A DNA stretch of 64,000 bases from the NCBI GenBank assembly GCA_030264375.1, contig JASCQW010000133.1, positions 14,337,676 through 14,401,675 on the forward strand, in the 5' to 3' direction. Below, in pieces: positions 53,076 through 64,000 of this stretch. The notes below the pieces were generated by a model, which was given only the letters and a program-made list of their open reading frames with translations, did no database searches and was not told where the DNA came from. Every line of letters begins with the position of its first letter. Within the stretch, counting starts at the first letter, position 1. The position numbers and the translations under genes were made by a program. The DNA is from Carcharhinus longimanus (taxonomy: Eukaryota).

Positions 53076-54335
53076 TGTACTGCCATCCTTTTATAACTTT
53101 GCTTTATTTATTTAATTAAGATTTATGTATTTAAAAAGTTATTTAATTTTTAAAGCAGATTGCACAATTTAAGTTACAGGTGGCTTAAATTAAATATTAA
53201 TCTGTAAATTAACCTGCCTTCCCTTCTTGTGCTGTGACAACACTTTGCAATTCCCCAATTGCTCAGAGTTCAGCCCTCCCTTTTCTTTAAATCTCAAGTC
53301 TATTTATTTATAAAGGATTCGCTGCTTTTAATATTTAAACAAATGGCACGTTAAACACTTAGCTTGGATTGCTCAGCTCCTGCCACTTCTCACTCCATAC
53401 TGATTATGCATTACCAATGGGGCTGGTGCACAAATATTAGGTCTCTGGGTGAACCTTCAACTCCCCCACTTGCTCCCACTACTCCCACAATTAATCTTTG
53501 AAAATTAATACTATGCATTAGCATGAATAAAATTCTGCATTTATAATTACATTTATTTTACAAGAAAAGTGAGATTATGATCCTGATTGTACATTCTCAA
53601 TGTTGTACACTTTTCACAGGACATGTAATGGAAGAAATGCACGTAGTAACATATAATATGGATCACATGATGCAATACTGTCTTCCTGCAGCAGTTACTA
53701 GATGATTGTATGCATAATTTACACAATCAATAATCATTATAACAGAGTGGGTCTGATTAAATTACATTCTTTGATATTATTTACCAGTTTTGGAATAATC
53801 ACGTAGATGTACAAACTTGTAAAATTGTCGCATAAACAGAAGGAGGAATGTAACATGAAATTTTGGGAATGGCGACAACGTAAATACATAAATCTATTTG
53901 TACATCTGTATGTATGGATGTATATTGACAGATTCAGACCTTTCATTCCCCTTGCTGAAACTTGCCTGTTTACATATATAGTTTCATGAATATTTCATTC
54001 AATTTTTTTTGTCATTCCCCCAAATGTTGTAACTCGAGGTGACAACCTAGTTTGCTGATTGGTGGCATCAACCCTGGTCACCATGTTTTTCCTTCTATTC
54101 AGTATCAACTGTTGCTGTCTGCCTGCATTCTTTTTCAATCCCTGATCCTAAGTAATCCAGCATAATTTAATCAACTAAGATAACCATGAGCCAAAATTGC
54201 AGGAAAAAAAAGTGTAGCGGGAAGAATGTTCACAATTATTAATGTGAAGTCAGCAATTTGTAACGAAGAGATGCCTCATTAATTGAGCACTGTCACAAAT
54301 GTTGTCAGCAGTGCTCTGTCATTAGGGGAAAAAAG

Positions 54336-54760
54336 ACTTGCATTTATATAGTACCTTTCACCACCAGCAGCTATCTCAAAGCCCTTTATGGACAAGAATC
54401 TTTGTCTGAAGTGTGTAGGCACTCTGGCAATACAGGAAAAGGGGCTGCCATTTTGCAGGCAGCAAGCTCCCACAAACAGCAATCTAGTAATGATTAGGTA
54501 ATCTGCTTGTATGATATTGATTGAGGGGTAGACATTGGCTTGGGCATGAGGGATGATTCTTCTTTGAATGCCATGGGATCTTTTATGTCCACCTGAGAAG
54601 GCAGGTGCAACCTGGGTTTAAAGTCTCATTTGAAAAACGGCACTTTTAACAGTGCAACACTCCCTCACTTTTGCACCGGAGCGGCAGCCTTGATTTTTGC
54701 GCTCAAGTCCTGGAATGGGACTCGAACCCACAACCTTCTGGCTAGAGGGGAGAATACCCA
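54336..54760 (-). mobile_element. Deu-domain SINE (SacSINE1/AmnSINE-like), near full length
   Basis: Minus-strand cagctgtggctcagtcaatgggt..gaaggttgtgggttcgagtccc..caggtggacataaaagatcccatggca..atataaatgcaagtc. Confidence 0.82.
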
Positions 54761-55467
54761 TTGACTGAGCCACAGCTGACACTGAGTGTTGTGAAAGCAA
54801 CATCTCAACTTTAACCTGCCTGTGATTTTCATGAAGTTGCTACATTTGCAATAAAAGCTCACAATTCGCTTAGGAAAGTCCAGCATCTGATAGTATCCTT
54901 TTAACATGTGATAATTGTTAGTGATTGCCAATCAACTTCTCTGGCCCAGAAAGTGATTATTAAAAGTATTCCTTCAGGTTGCAATTGTTATTGGAGATAT
55001 TTTAAAAAAGTAATTTTAAAATTCTTACCTTTGGTCTATTTTCTTCCCATTTTGTTTTGTCCAATCTTTCTTTCTCTCTCTTTCTGTACCTAATTTGACA
55101 TTTAATTTACCCATTCTAATTCACCTTTCTTCTACTTATTTATTAATCCTTTAACTTCACTGGTTGAGGAGATACACTGTTAGCTGAGTTGTTCACCAAG
55201 CTCCAAGATGTTTTTTTTAGGTCCAGCTGAATTTGCGTTCATGTCAACATCTACTGTTTACTTTGCATTTTATGCCTTGGATGCAACAATTGTGTAAAAC
55301 AAGTATATTTCACAATTTTTTTTAAGTTTAAAAATGAAGTGCTGAGTATTTCAGAAAACAGCAAGCAATCTTCTGAAACCATAATGTTGTTGTTAATTTA
55401 ACAGAAGTTAGGAAAATTTGATCCTGTATTGCTCCTGGATCATATGCAATAGGACAAAACACTACAG

Positions 55468-56100
55468 ATGCGAACTTACTAGCTCGCCGTGCCTGAAGAT
55501 CAGTGTGGTAAGCCAGGAATTTAGCGTGAGAGGCCAAAAAATCCAATTTGCATCGATTCTCACTGGCCCTGTTTTACCGGCGAGAAAGGCTTCACACCCA
55601 GGAGAGGCGTGAAGCTCATTAACATTAGACTGCCTGAATCTGCATATGATTAGCAGGTCCAGCACGGCTGCTTCACCCCTCACTGGCTAGAATCACTATT
55701 GCAGGGACCAGGTGCTATGGCCACGCCATGGTATCGGAGGACTGTGAAGCCCCCAGTGGTCAGGAGCATGGCTGGGCAGTGCCCACTTGTCACCCTGGCA
55801 GGGCATCTTAAGTGTGCAGGAGCAGTGTCAAATGGGTGGAATGTTATGCACAACGGTGGGGGCTATGTCAGTTGGGGGGAGTAAGAATCATATTAGGGAT
55901 CGATCGGGGGCGCCTGAATGCACTGAAGCCCGCTTCGCTGGTGTATTTGGGTTCCAGCCCCCTCTGTACTGGTGCAAAGCTCTCAAAAAATTGACAGTGC
56001 TAGAAAATTGCAGTGCTGAAATCGCTGAAATTATCAGCGTGGAGGACTGCCTTTTTCTTGCCGTTGTGACACTTAAAAACGTTTTGGGAAAATTCCACCC
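55468..56100. mobile_element. GC-rich Harbinger-like MITE
   Basis: Right end gggaaaattccaccc matches the TIR at 19624-19638; CpG-rich interior. Confidence 0.55.
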
Positions 56101-57077
56101 GACATGTTTCAGACTGTATTACACATCCTCCATAAACACGAGTGGAGGAGCCCTGTAGTATGCATAGTGTGTTTCCCTTGTAACATGCACCATTCCAATA
56201 TAATTACATAATTCCTCAAGCACTGAAAAGGCAGGCTTTCAGCAGCTCTGTTCCTAGCATATTTTACCAAACCAACAGAGTCTTTTTTTTCAAATCGAAT
56301 ACCCAAATAAACTCAGTCTTCCAAACACCTGACCAAAGGGGATTCATGTATAGGCCAAAAAATAAATTCTTACTTAACACAAGGTAATTTTTAGAACTAG
56401 ATAGGAGAGTAAAACTGTGGTTTTATACCAAAGTCGATATTTTTAGCTAAAATGCTTAGGTGTTAATAACGATCTGTCCAAAAATGACAGCGTGTGAACT
56501 ATTTGAAGTCAATGACAAACTGGCCTTTCAATTAGAATCCATCTGAAGACTTTTACAGCTCATAAAATGCCAACAGATCACAGCTTTGTCTGTTATGAGA
56601 GCTTCCTTTTTTTAAAAGCTGTTGTGATGTTTTATGTTGCTTTAGGGTATTATCTAAAAATTCAAAATTAGCTCAGGTCAGCCAGGGTGTTTAAAGAGAT
56701 TTGTCACTTGGATGACTGGCAATTACTTGTTTCAGCACAAAACATGATAATGATTCCACACAATAACATTAGCCTGTGGCAGAACAGTATTTGGGAGTGA
56801 ATTTCTTTAAACATTGCTCATCTGATCAATCAGTTTTATCACTTCAGACAGTGTTTTCTACAATCCTGCATCACTCTCAGTTCCAATTTGATCCTTACAG
56901 CTAATGCATCCGATAATCTGACGTTTCACTGATGGCCAGACATAATCAACCCTAGCTGAGTCTCAGCTTACAACTCACCAATCAATAATGAATGTCTGTT
57001 TTGTGCCATGACACACTCGTTGAAATAAATCACCTCACTCCCTCCTTTGCCTGTCGCAGGAGATCTTTAAACTCAAA

Positions 57078-57570
57078 GGGCAGACTTTTCCCAAAAATGG
57101 CAATGTGTCAGGGTCTGGATGAAAAATGGCCTGCTTCTCTCCAGAAATGGGTGAGTTCTCTGGCACGGTGCACAGAAAATCTAGAGGCATGGTTTGCACC
57201 ATCACTCTGGTGAGACAGGGCCTGGCAGAGCAAGGAAGGCCAGCCCTATGGAGATGGAGATCACAGCGCCACTTTTGAATTTAAAATACAAGTTCCCCAA
57301 CCACTCAGTCAGCCATCACCCTCCCAGCCCCCCTCCCACACACATGGACATGCATTGCCAACTCCAAAAGAAATCAGGGTAGCTCTTCCCCACCACAGAA
57401 ATATCGGGGATGGAGTGGGGAGGGGGATCTCTCTCCCTTCACAGCCATTGACCCCATTCGGGGTCTCTCTCCCATGCCCGATCACACATAAGGGGAACAC
57501 CCCACCCCATTGGAGGCAGGTTACCCCCAGCTTCACCCCTGTGATCAGGAACGCCCTTTCACTTCATTGA
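57078..57570. mobile_element. GC-rich MITE fragment
   Basis: Starts gggcagacttttccc, the same TIR type as the other MITEs. Confidence 0.5.
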
Positions 57571-58858
57571 AATTTAATTGCTTTGCAGCCTTCTAAACAA
57601 CAAACACTCTTGCCAGACAGGTGCCTGCTTTACAATCCCACGCATCACAACGTAATACCAGTTCTACACATTACAGCCTCCATGAATTGATTGTACAAGA
57701 ACAAAATATTGGGCTACGTAGCGCTGATAAAAAAATAATAGAGTATTAATGGTGCATGTCTTACTAACGTGCATGTTGGCCAGGACGTCCATGAGATTGA
57801 AAGAGCTGCAAATCTCCAGAAATTGCTTGTTGGTTTATACTGTCCCATTATATGCCTTATGCAAGACTGGAACTCAACAATGCAAATATCTTTTTAACAA
57901 TATAATAATTGTTAAAATAATGCCTATAAACCTATTTTGCCACAAAACAGAATATAGTCTGTTCAATCTCGTCCTGGATGTGATAAATTGTCGTTAAAAA
58001 TGTTTTTAAATGTCAATTTTTTTCTTACTTTTTCCATTTTGCCATCTTCTCTCTCTTTCAATTCAGTTTTAAAATTTCTCTCTTCATTTTTTGTTCTGTA
58101 CCTAAATTGGACTCTAATTCACCCTCCTCTCCATCATTCATCTGCTTCTTTCTTGGTCTTTAATTCACATTTGTTAAGGAGATGCGCTGTTTGTCCCACT
58201 GTGATCCCAGATGTCCCATTGCCCTAGCTACACCATTATTAATTCACATTTAAAGCAAATTTGAGCTTTATGGTGCAAGAAAAGTCTAACTGGTGGTTTA
58301 TACTCCACGATACGCCCTCCAGTGAAATTTGGCCCACTCTCTCTCACAATTAAGGATACATTTTAATGGTGGGTAGTAATGGATTATAATTATATGCTAG
58401 CCTATTTGTGAGAGAAAGTAGTATTTGCAACGTAACTTAACATGAAACCAGAAATATAAACTCCTTGAGTAGTGATTGATTTTTGCCTTACAGACTATAA
58501 CATTAAAACAAAAATAATTTATAAATGCCCACATATTAAACCATATGTTTTATTTTATATTGAAACTATGAACCAAAACAATGCAGATAAAATTGTTATG
58601 GTTGCCTGAGAACATCACAGATAGTGATTCACATTTCTCATGGGATTTGGGCCACTAATGTTGGGACCGTGGTTTGGGGAGGTGGTGTTGAAACCACACT
58701 CACCAACAGTGTATCGGGTGGGCTCTCGATACTGACAGTGCAATGGACTGACTGGAGCCTCGACAGCATAACTGGAACAGGTAGGTACAGCTGAAATAGC
58801 TTGCTGACCGCAAAGGTGCCTGAACAAGGAGACACTCGCCTGGAAGTGTGAATTTATA

Positions 58859-59086
58859 GGTAAAACTTTTACGGCCATTAAGTCCATTACAGGGGAGGAG
58901 AAATCTACCCTGTCTGCTTCAGATGTGCAGCTTCCATTGTAATGGCCGCTAAATCTGGCCCAATTTGGCCGTAGTTGGCTTAATTAGTTCATACGCTTCT
59001 ATGGCGCGGACAGCAAATCAGAATCCCCATTATTATGCGGGTCCCATGCTACCAAACGTGCCATCACAGGCAGGGAAAATTAACCC
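58859..59086. mobile_element. Short MITE
   Basis: gggtaaaacttttac-like left end and gggaaaattaaccc right end. Confidence 0.45.
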
Positions 59087-59599
59087 AATGAGTCTCTTGA
59101 AACAAAGTTCGGAACACAAATGTAAAGTCTAAAATTAATGAATTTAGACCCAGCGAAGACTATGGGTCTACTGAAGACACGAGTGGAATACACTTTGATT
59201 CAAAGTAATGTCTTCTTCATTATTTTGCTTATTTAATTTATTACGTAATTTAACATTTAATGTCACTATTATTATTTTGTAGTACAATCAAAATCAGGTG
59301 CATAGGAAGGTCAGATAGCAAAATTAAATACTGTCTCAACCACTGACCAGAAAATGACCTCTTAAAAATGTTCCTGTAAAAGTGAGTTCAAAAAAAACAT
59401 TTAAAATTAATGATTAGACAGTTAAGTATGTACATTTTTTCCAGAGGTTTCACATACTACAAGCTTTACAATTACAGTGCATTTTATTTTATAAGTAAAT
59501 CTGGATATTTATAATACACTTTCTGTTTTATACGTTTTTGTTCTACCTTTTAATCCTGCAGTTTTCTTCTAAGACTATGACAAAAAAACCAAATTCACT

Positions 59600-60220
59600 T
59601 TCCCACTCCTCTTTAAAAAGAAATGTTCATTTACTCAGGCACTGGAACTTTTAAAAGTTATTATGGATCCTGTTACCACCAAAATGTCTTATTATGTGAT
59701 TCACATCCCAAAAATCTTCTGTATTAGGGCCTGATGCCTTTTCCTCTATCATTTCTTACTTTATCATCCAATATAAATTTATCTAATTACTGCATGTCCT
59801 CCTCAAACCTTTTTTACTTCCACTAACAACTAAGAAACATTTGTGTAGCTTATTCTTGCATAGAACCACCTATAATCCCTCACACACCATCTAATCACTT
59901 CCTAAATAATTCCAGGGGACCCCCCTGCCCGGTTTCTAACCCACAATACATTCCAAGTATTGATCACTCTTAACATGATAAATAGCTTGCTGCTATATAT
60001 TCCAAAACTTTACTGTAACCTGTTTGTTCCTCAAGCACAAGGCCTTGTACATGTGATTAAATAAGGCTCAAGATCAACTTTTCCTCAGTGTTAGTTTGTG
60101 CCACTTAGATAAGTGTTTGCTTCATCAATCAAATTTATTGGTAATTTAACAGATGGGTGATTACATAAGCAAATCGGGTTTTACATCCAGTTGACGTATG
60201 ATGCCTCAGAGGTTTGATAT
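59600..60220 (-). mobile_element. Highly decayed CR1-like LINE
   Basis: Reverse-strand RPCA*G..YSKVLEY and FLSC*WK*KKV*G patches; weak signal. Confidence 0.4.
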
Positions 60221-61384
60221 GTACCAGCTTATAAATTTTACATTATACAAATATTGTTTAATAAAGTTGAAGTATTGTGGAGGTTAAAAAATATATTTTG
60301 TGAACACTAATAATTGGTTACAAAATGCAGACCTAGAAAACAATTATTTAATTATTCTGAGTACAACATGCAACTGAACTGATTAACTTAGGTTAAGTAG
60401 ATTGTAAAGATTTAATAAATAATCATTTTTACTACGCACGAGAAGGGTTGACATCTGGCATAGATAAAAAATGCAGGACAATTAAGATACTTGCAAAACC
60501 CCTTCAAACTAATGGTATCCCCTTAGTTATATCTCCCTCGACAATTGTTTGCAACCAGCATGTTGGAATACTTCACAGGAGATATTTGCTTTTTCAATCG
60601 TTGCTTATGTAGATTGAATAAACTGCTGTTTGCTTAAAGCACAACTAATCGAGGATATGCAGATGAATCTCAAAGTGCAATTTCAATCTCATCAGTTCAG
60701 AGTTGTAAACAAAATTACCCACATTGTTACTTACAGGATCAGAGAATGTCATCTTAATGGACAATAACTGTAGTCATTCATATTAACTATTTAATTCTGA
60801 TGCCTAGCCAAAAACAAAATCATTGCAGTGATGATGATAATAATAACTGTGAATTTTTTCTAAGGTTTCTGAAAAAATTTTGTTTCCTTTTCAGTAGCGT
60901 ATATTCCCAAAGTCCTCCCTTTTTGTCCATGTTTGCAACCTAGAAAGAACTCCATTAACATCACCGTCCATGAGAAACTTGCCTTCTGTTCATTATTTCC
61001 CCCAGTAAGCAACAGATTGGGGGTTAGATCTGCATTATTTCACTGTGATCTATGGAAACCATTCTGAAGTTATGGTAACAACAGTGCTAGTAGCAATGGG
61101 AGGATATTTAATGACGAAAGATTAAACATTGTAAGAAAATACATAGGATTAATTTTCTATTTGCATTCTTGAATTAAATTACAAAGCATTAATCTGTACA
61201 AGTATGAATGAAAATATTATTTGGTGTAAAGAAACAATTTTACACAGGAACATAAGAAATTAAAACCTTTTTTACACCTGAGGATAGCTTCCAGAAGCAG
61301 CAGAAAAAACCAAGACTCATACGTGCACAATGGTGTTTATGCTAGTTCATACATGGCACTTGTAATTCTTCACAAAGATTGTGC

Positions 61385-62000
61385 ATCATTCCAGTCAATA
61401 TCATCATGTACAAATACATTGCTCTCATCTACCAGTTGACAGAGTTAAGTAGGTTTCTCTGCATGTTGGTTCTCTAACTATCTGACGCAAGCACAATACG
61501 GCAGCGACGTACTTCTGGGCTTGGCCCACTAGGTCCATAATGATGTTTTGAACCAACTCTTGGTGATTGGCGTTGAAGTCCCCTACCCAGAGCATGTTGT
61601 ATCCTTGTTGCCCTTAATGCTTCTTTGAAAACTAAGGTGTACGGATTCAACAGCTTGAGGGAGTGTTAGGTGGTAACCAACAGGTTCCCTTGCTCATGTT
61701 TGGCCTGATGCTGTGAGATTTCATGGTGTCCGGAGTTAATGTTGAGGACGCTCATCAATGTATACCATTGTGACATGCCCTTTAGTGTGTTTGTTCTGCA
61801 CAATGGGCAAGGGTCAGGGATGTTGGATTAAAGCTTAATCTGTGAGTATGACCATGTTGACTTGCGTGCGAGATAATTTTGGTACAAGTCCCCAGATGTT
61901 AGCAAGAATAAATTTGCAGAGGTGTGCCTTTGTCCTGTCTAAATCTGATGCCTAATTTGATGTCAGATGGTCTGTCCGGGTTTATTCTTATTACGTTATT
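61385..62000 (-). mobile_element. Decayed LINE APE-endonuclease region
   Basis: Reverse strand gives NMLWVGDFNANHQELV (GDFN motif). Confidence 0.65.
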
Positions 62001-62019
62001 CTGTAAATTGTAAGTCAAT

Positions 62020-62270
62020 CTTATTGTTCTGGGTCTGGATTCACACGCAGGGCAGGCAGGGAAAGATTTCCTTCCCTAATGGACATTAGTGAGCCAGATG
62101 GATTTTTACAAAATTCCATTAGCCACAATACTGATTCTAGCATTGTATTCAGATTTATTTAGTTAGTGGAATTTAAATTCACCAGTGATCATGTTGGAAC
62201 TGAAACTCGTATCTCCAATCATAAATTCAGGCCTTTGGATTGCTGGTCCAGTAAAGTAACCATATGCTGC
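62020..62270 (-). mobile_element. tRNA-derived SINE (11590 family)
   Basis: Reverse homology: gggtctggattcacac..agatttccttccctaa..ggattgctggtccagtaa. Confidence 0.7.
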
Positions 62271-62856
62271 CATTTCTGCTAGAATAAATGTGAAAATACA
62301 CAAAGAAAATGAGGCAAATAAAGTTGGATCAAATCTTCCAATGGATGCCATCACAGAATAATTATAAAAATCAATTAGTTTTTTTAGCAATATACTACCA
62401 GGCTGATGGCCACCATTTTTAAAAGACATGAAAGATGATCACAAAATACCTAATGATGCAACTTTAAGATACCAAGTATAAAATTATGTTAATTCCAGGC
62501 ATCAGTCTCAATCCATGCAAATAACAGGTTTGTAGCAAGTTAACTCACCACCCAATTTTTCATAGTCTGGTGTCAAGAAAACAAAGAAAATGTAATATTT
62601 TTGGGTTGGTAATATCAGTGTCATATTTCTTAAGCTGTTGAGGATTTGTGAGCATGGTAACTGGAGTAAGAGACAGGGTAACTGTGAGAACCTAAACTAA
62701 TAATAAGTGGTTAATATAGTAACGAACCAAGGGTGATTTCTAACAGGTGTTTACATAAGGCAATACAAGAGTAGATTTGAATGGGTCATTTTGATGCAAA
62801 GGAGAATATTTGCAGGCTGTGAAAAAAGATGGAAGTAAATAAAGTAAATGTAGTAC

Positions 62857-62948
62857 ATAAAACAGAAAATGCTAGAAAATCTCAGCAGATCTGACAGTAT
62901 CTTTGGAGAGAACACAGAGCTAATGTCTGGATGACTCTTCGTCACAAC
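62857..62948 (-). mobile_element. Penelope-like terminal fragment
   Basis: Reverse homology to 47373-47470. Confidence 0.7.
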
Positions 62949-63479
62949 CCCAATTAAGGAGAGTTTATATTTCTTTTAAATCCTAAAAGTTAAACTTAAA
63001 ATGTTAATCAATTTTGGAAAAACTAATTTCTAAAGAGACTGGCTTAAGGTAATGGAGGATTAAAGAGCAAAACTGTATTTAAGGAGCTACTGAAACCTAT
63101 GTGAGGGGGTAGCTGTTTAGATCACTCAGCAGGAATAGCTGGTTGGCACTCCCAGAAAGTAGCGTGAACGGAGTCAGACCTGAAGAACCAACTGTTTTCA
63201 ATCTCAGACAACACCCCAGGAGAAAGCAATGGCACTGCGTGGTTAAAAAAAAAATTATTCTATAGATTTTAAAATCTATAAGGAGTTGCTGAACAGAAAA
63301 GGGGAAGGTTACCTCGCAGGATAGTTAAGATCTTAATAAATATTTATGATAAAATTATCACAAGTGGTCAGGGACATCATTTCCAGATTTCAGAACCTCT
63401 CCTCATTCTATACACACTGCAAAAAAAAGTATTTTGCCATCTATTGGTGTAGCTCGGCATTTATCACCCAACCATGCCA

Positions 63480-63977
63480 TAACACTGTCCATCATCAACT
63501 AGGCACAAGTCAGGAATGTGATGAAATACTCTCCACTTGCCTGTTGGATGAGTGCAATTCCAACAACACTCAAGAAACTCAACACCATTCAAAAAAAGCA
63601 GCCCGATTGATTAGCACCCAATCCACCACCTTAAATGTCCACTCCCTCCATCACTGGTACACAGAAGCATCAATTATACCATGTACAAGGTTCACTGTAG
63701 TAACTATCCAAGGCTCCTTTTACAGCACCTTCTAAACCCGTGATCTCCACTACCTACACTGATAGGAGCAGCACAGAGAAACATCATCACCTGTAAATTT
63801 CCCTCTGTGTCTTACCCCAGCCTGAATTGGAACAATATCACTGTTTCTTCACTGTTGCTGGGTCAAAATCACTGAATTCCCTCCCTAGCATTGTTGTGGT
63901 TGTACCCTACAACACATGGATTGCAGCAGTTGGTGATGGCAAATAAATACTGGTATTGCAGTAGTGCTCACATCCCA
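63480..63977 (+). mobile_element. L2/CR1-like LINE 3' end
   Basis: QVRNVMKYSPLACW motif; ends ggcaaataaatactgg..gctcacatccca; homologous to 28170-28606. Confidence 0.72.
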
Positions 63978-64000
63978 AAGACTAAAAAAAAGTCAGTTAT

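Noticed and set aside
1-64000. CRISPR array, operon or prokaryotic defence system
   Set aside because: No regularly spaced repeats or gene-dense regions; the sequence is vertebrate intronic DNA.

Overview
Eukaryotic, repeat-rich draft-assembly DNA with 12 N-gaps. It is almost certainly a cartilaginous fish (shark-like), inferred from HE1-like SINEs, HER1/CR1 LINEs and Deu-domain SINEs. The window lies inside one minus-strand gene, FBXW8 (F-box/WD40 substrate receptor of CUL7). Three consecutive WD40-coding exons (49647-49843, 41150-41371, 15434-15561) have canonical AG/GT sites and matching phases; the third is absent from the ORF track. The flanking exons were not found and probably lie outside the window. 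The introns hold CR1/HER1, L2/CR1-like and Rex/Babar-like LINE fragments, several tRNA-SINE families, Penelope-like elements, a solo LTR with a perfect 5-bp TSD, an RT-deleted Gypsy element and Harbinger-like MITEs. The most interesting signal is a dispersed set of Penelope terminal fragments that carry degenerate minimal hammerhead-ribozyme cores. A possible decayed TIL-domain pseudo-exon is also present. No prokaryotic-type system, CRISPR array, rRNA or true tRNA gene is supported. Repeat family names come from recall, not database searches, and most repeat boundaries are approximate.
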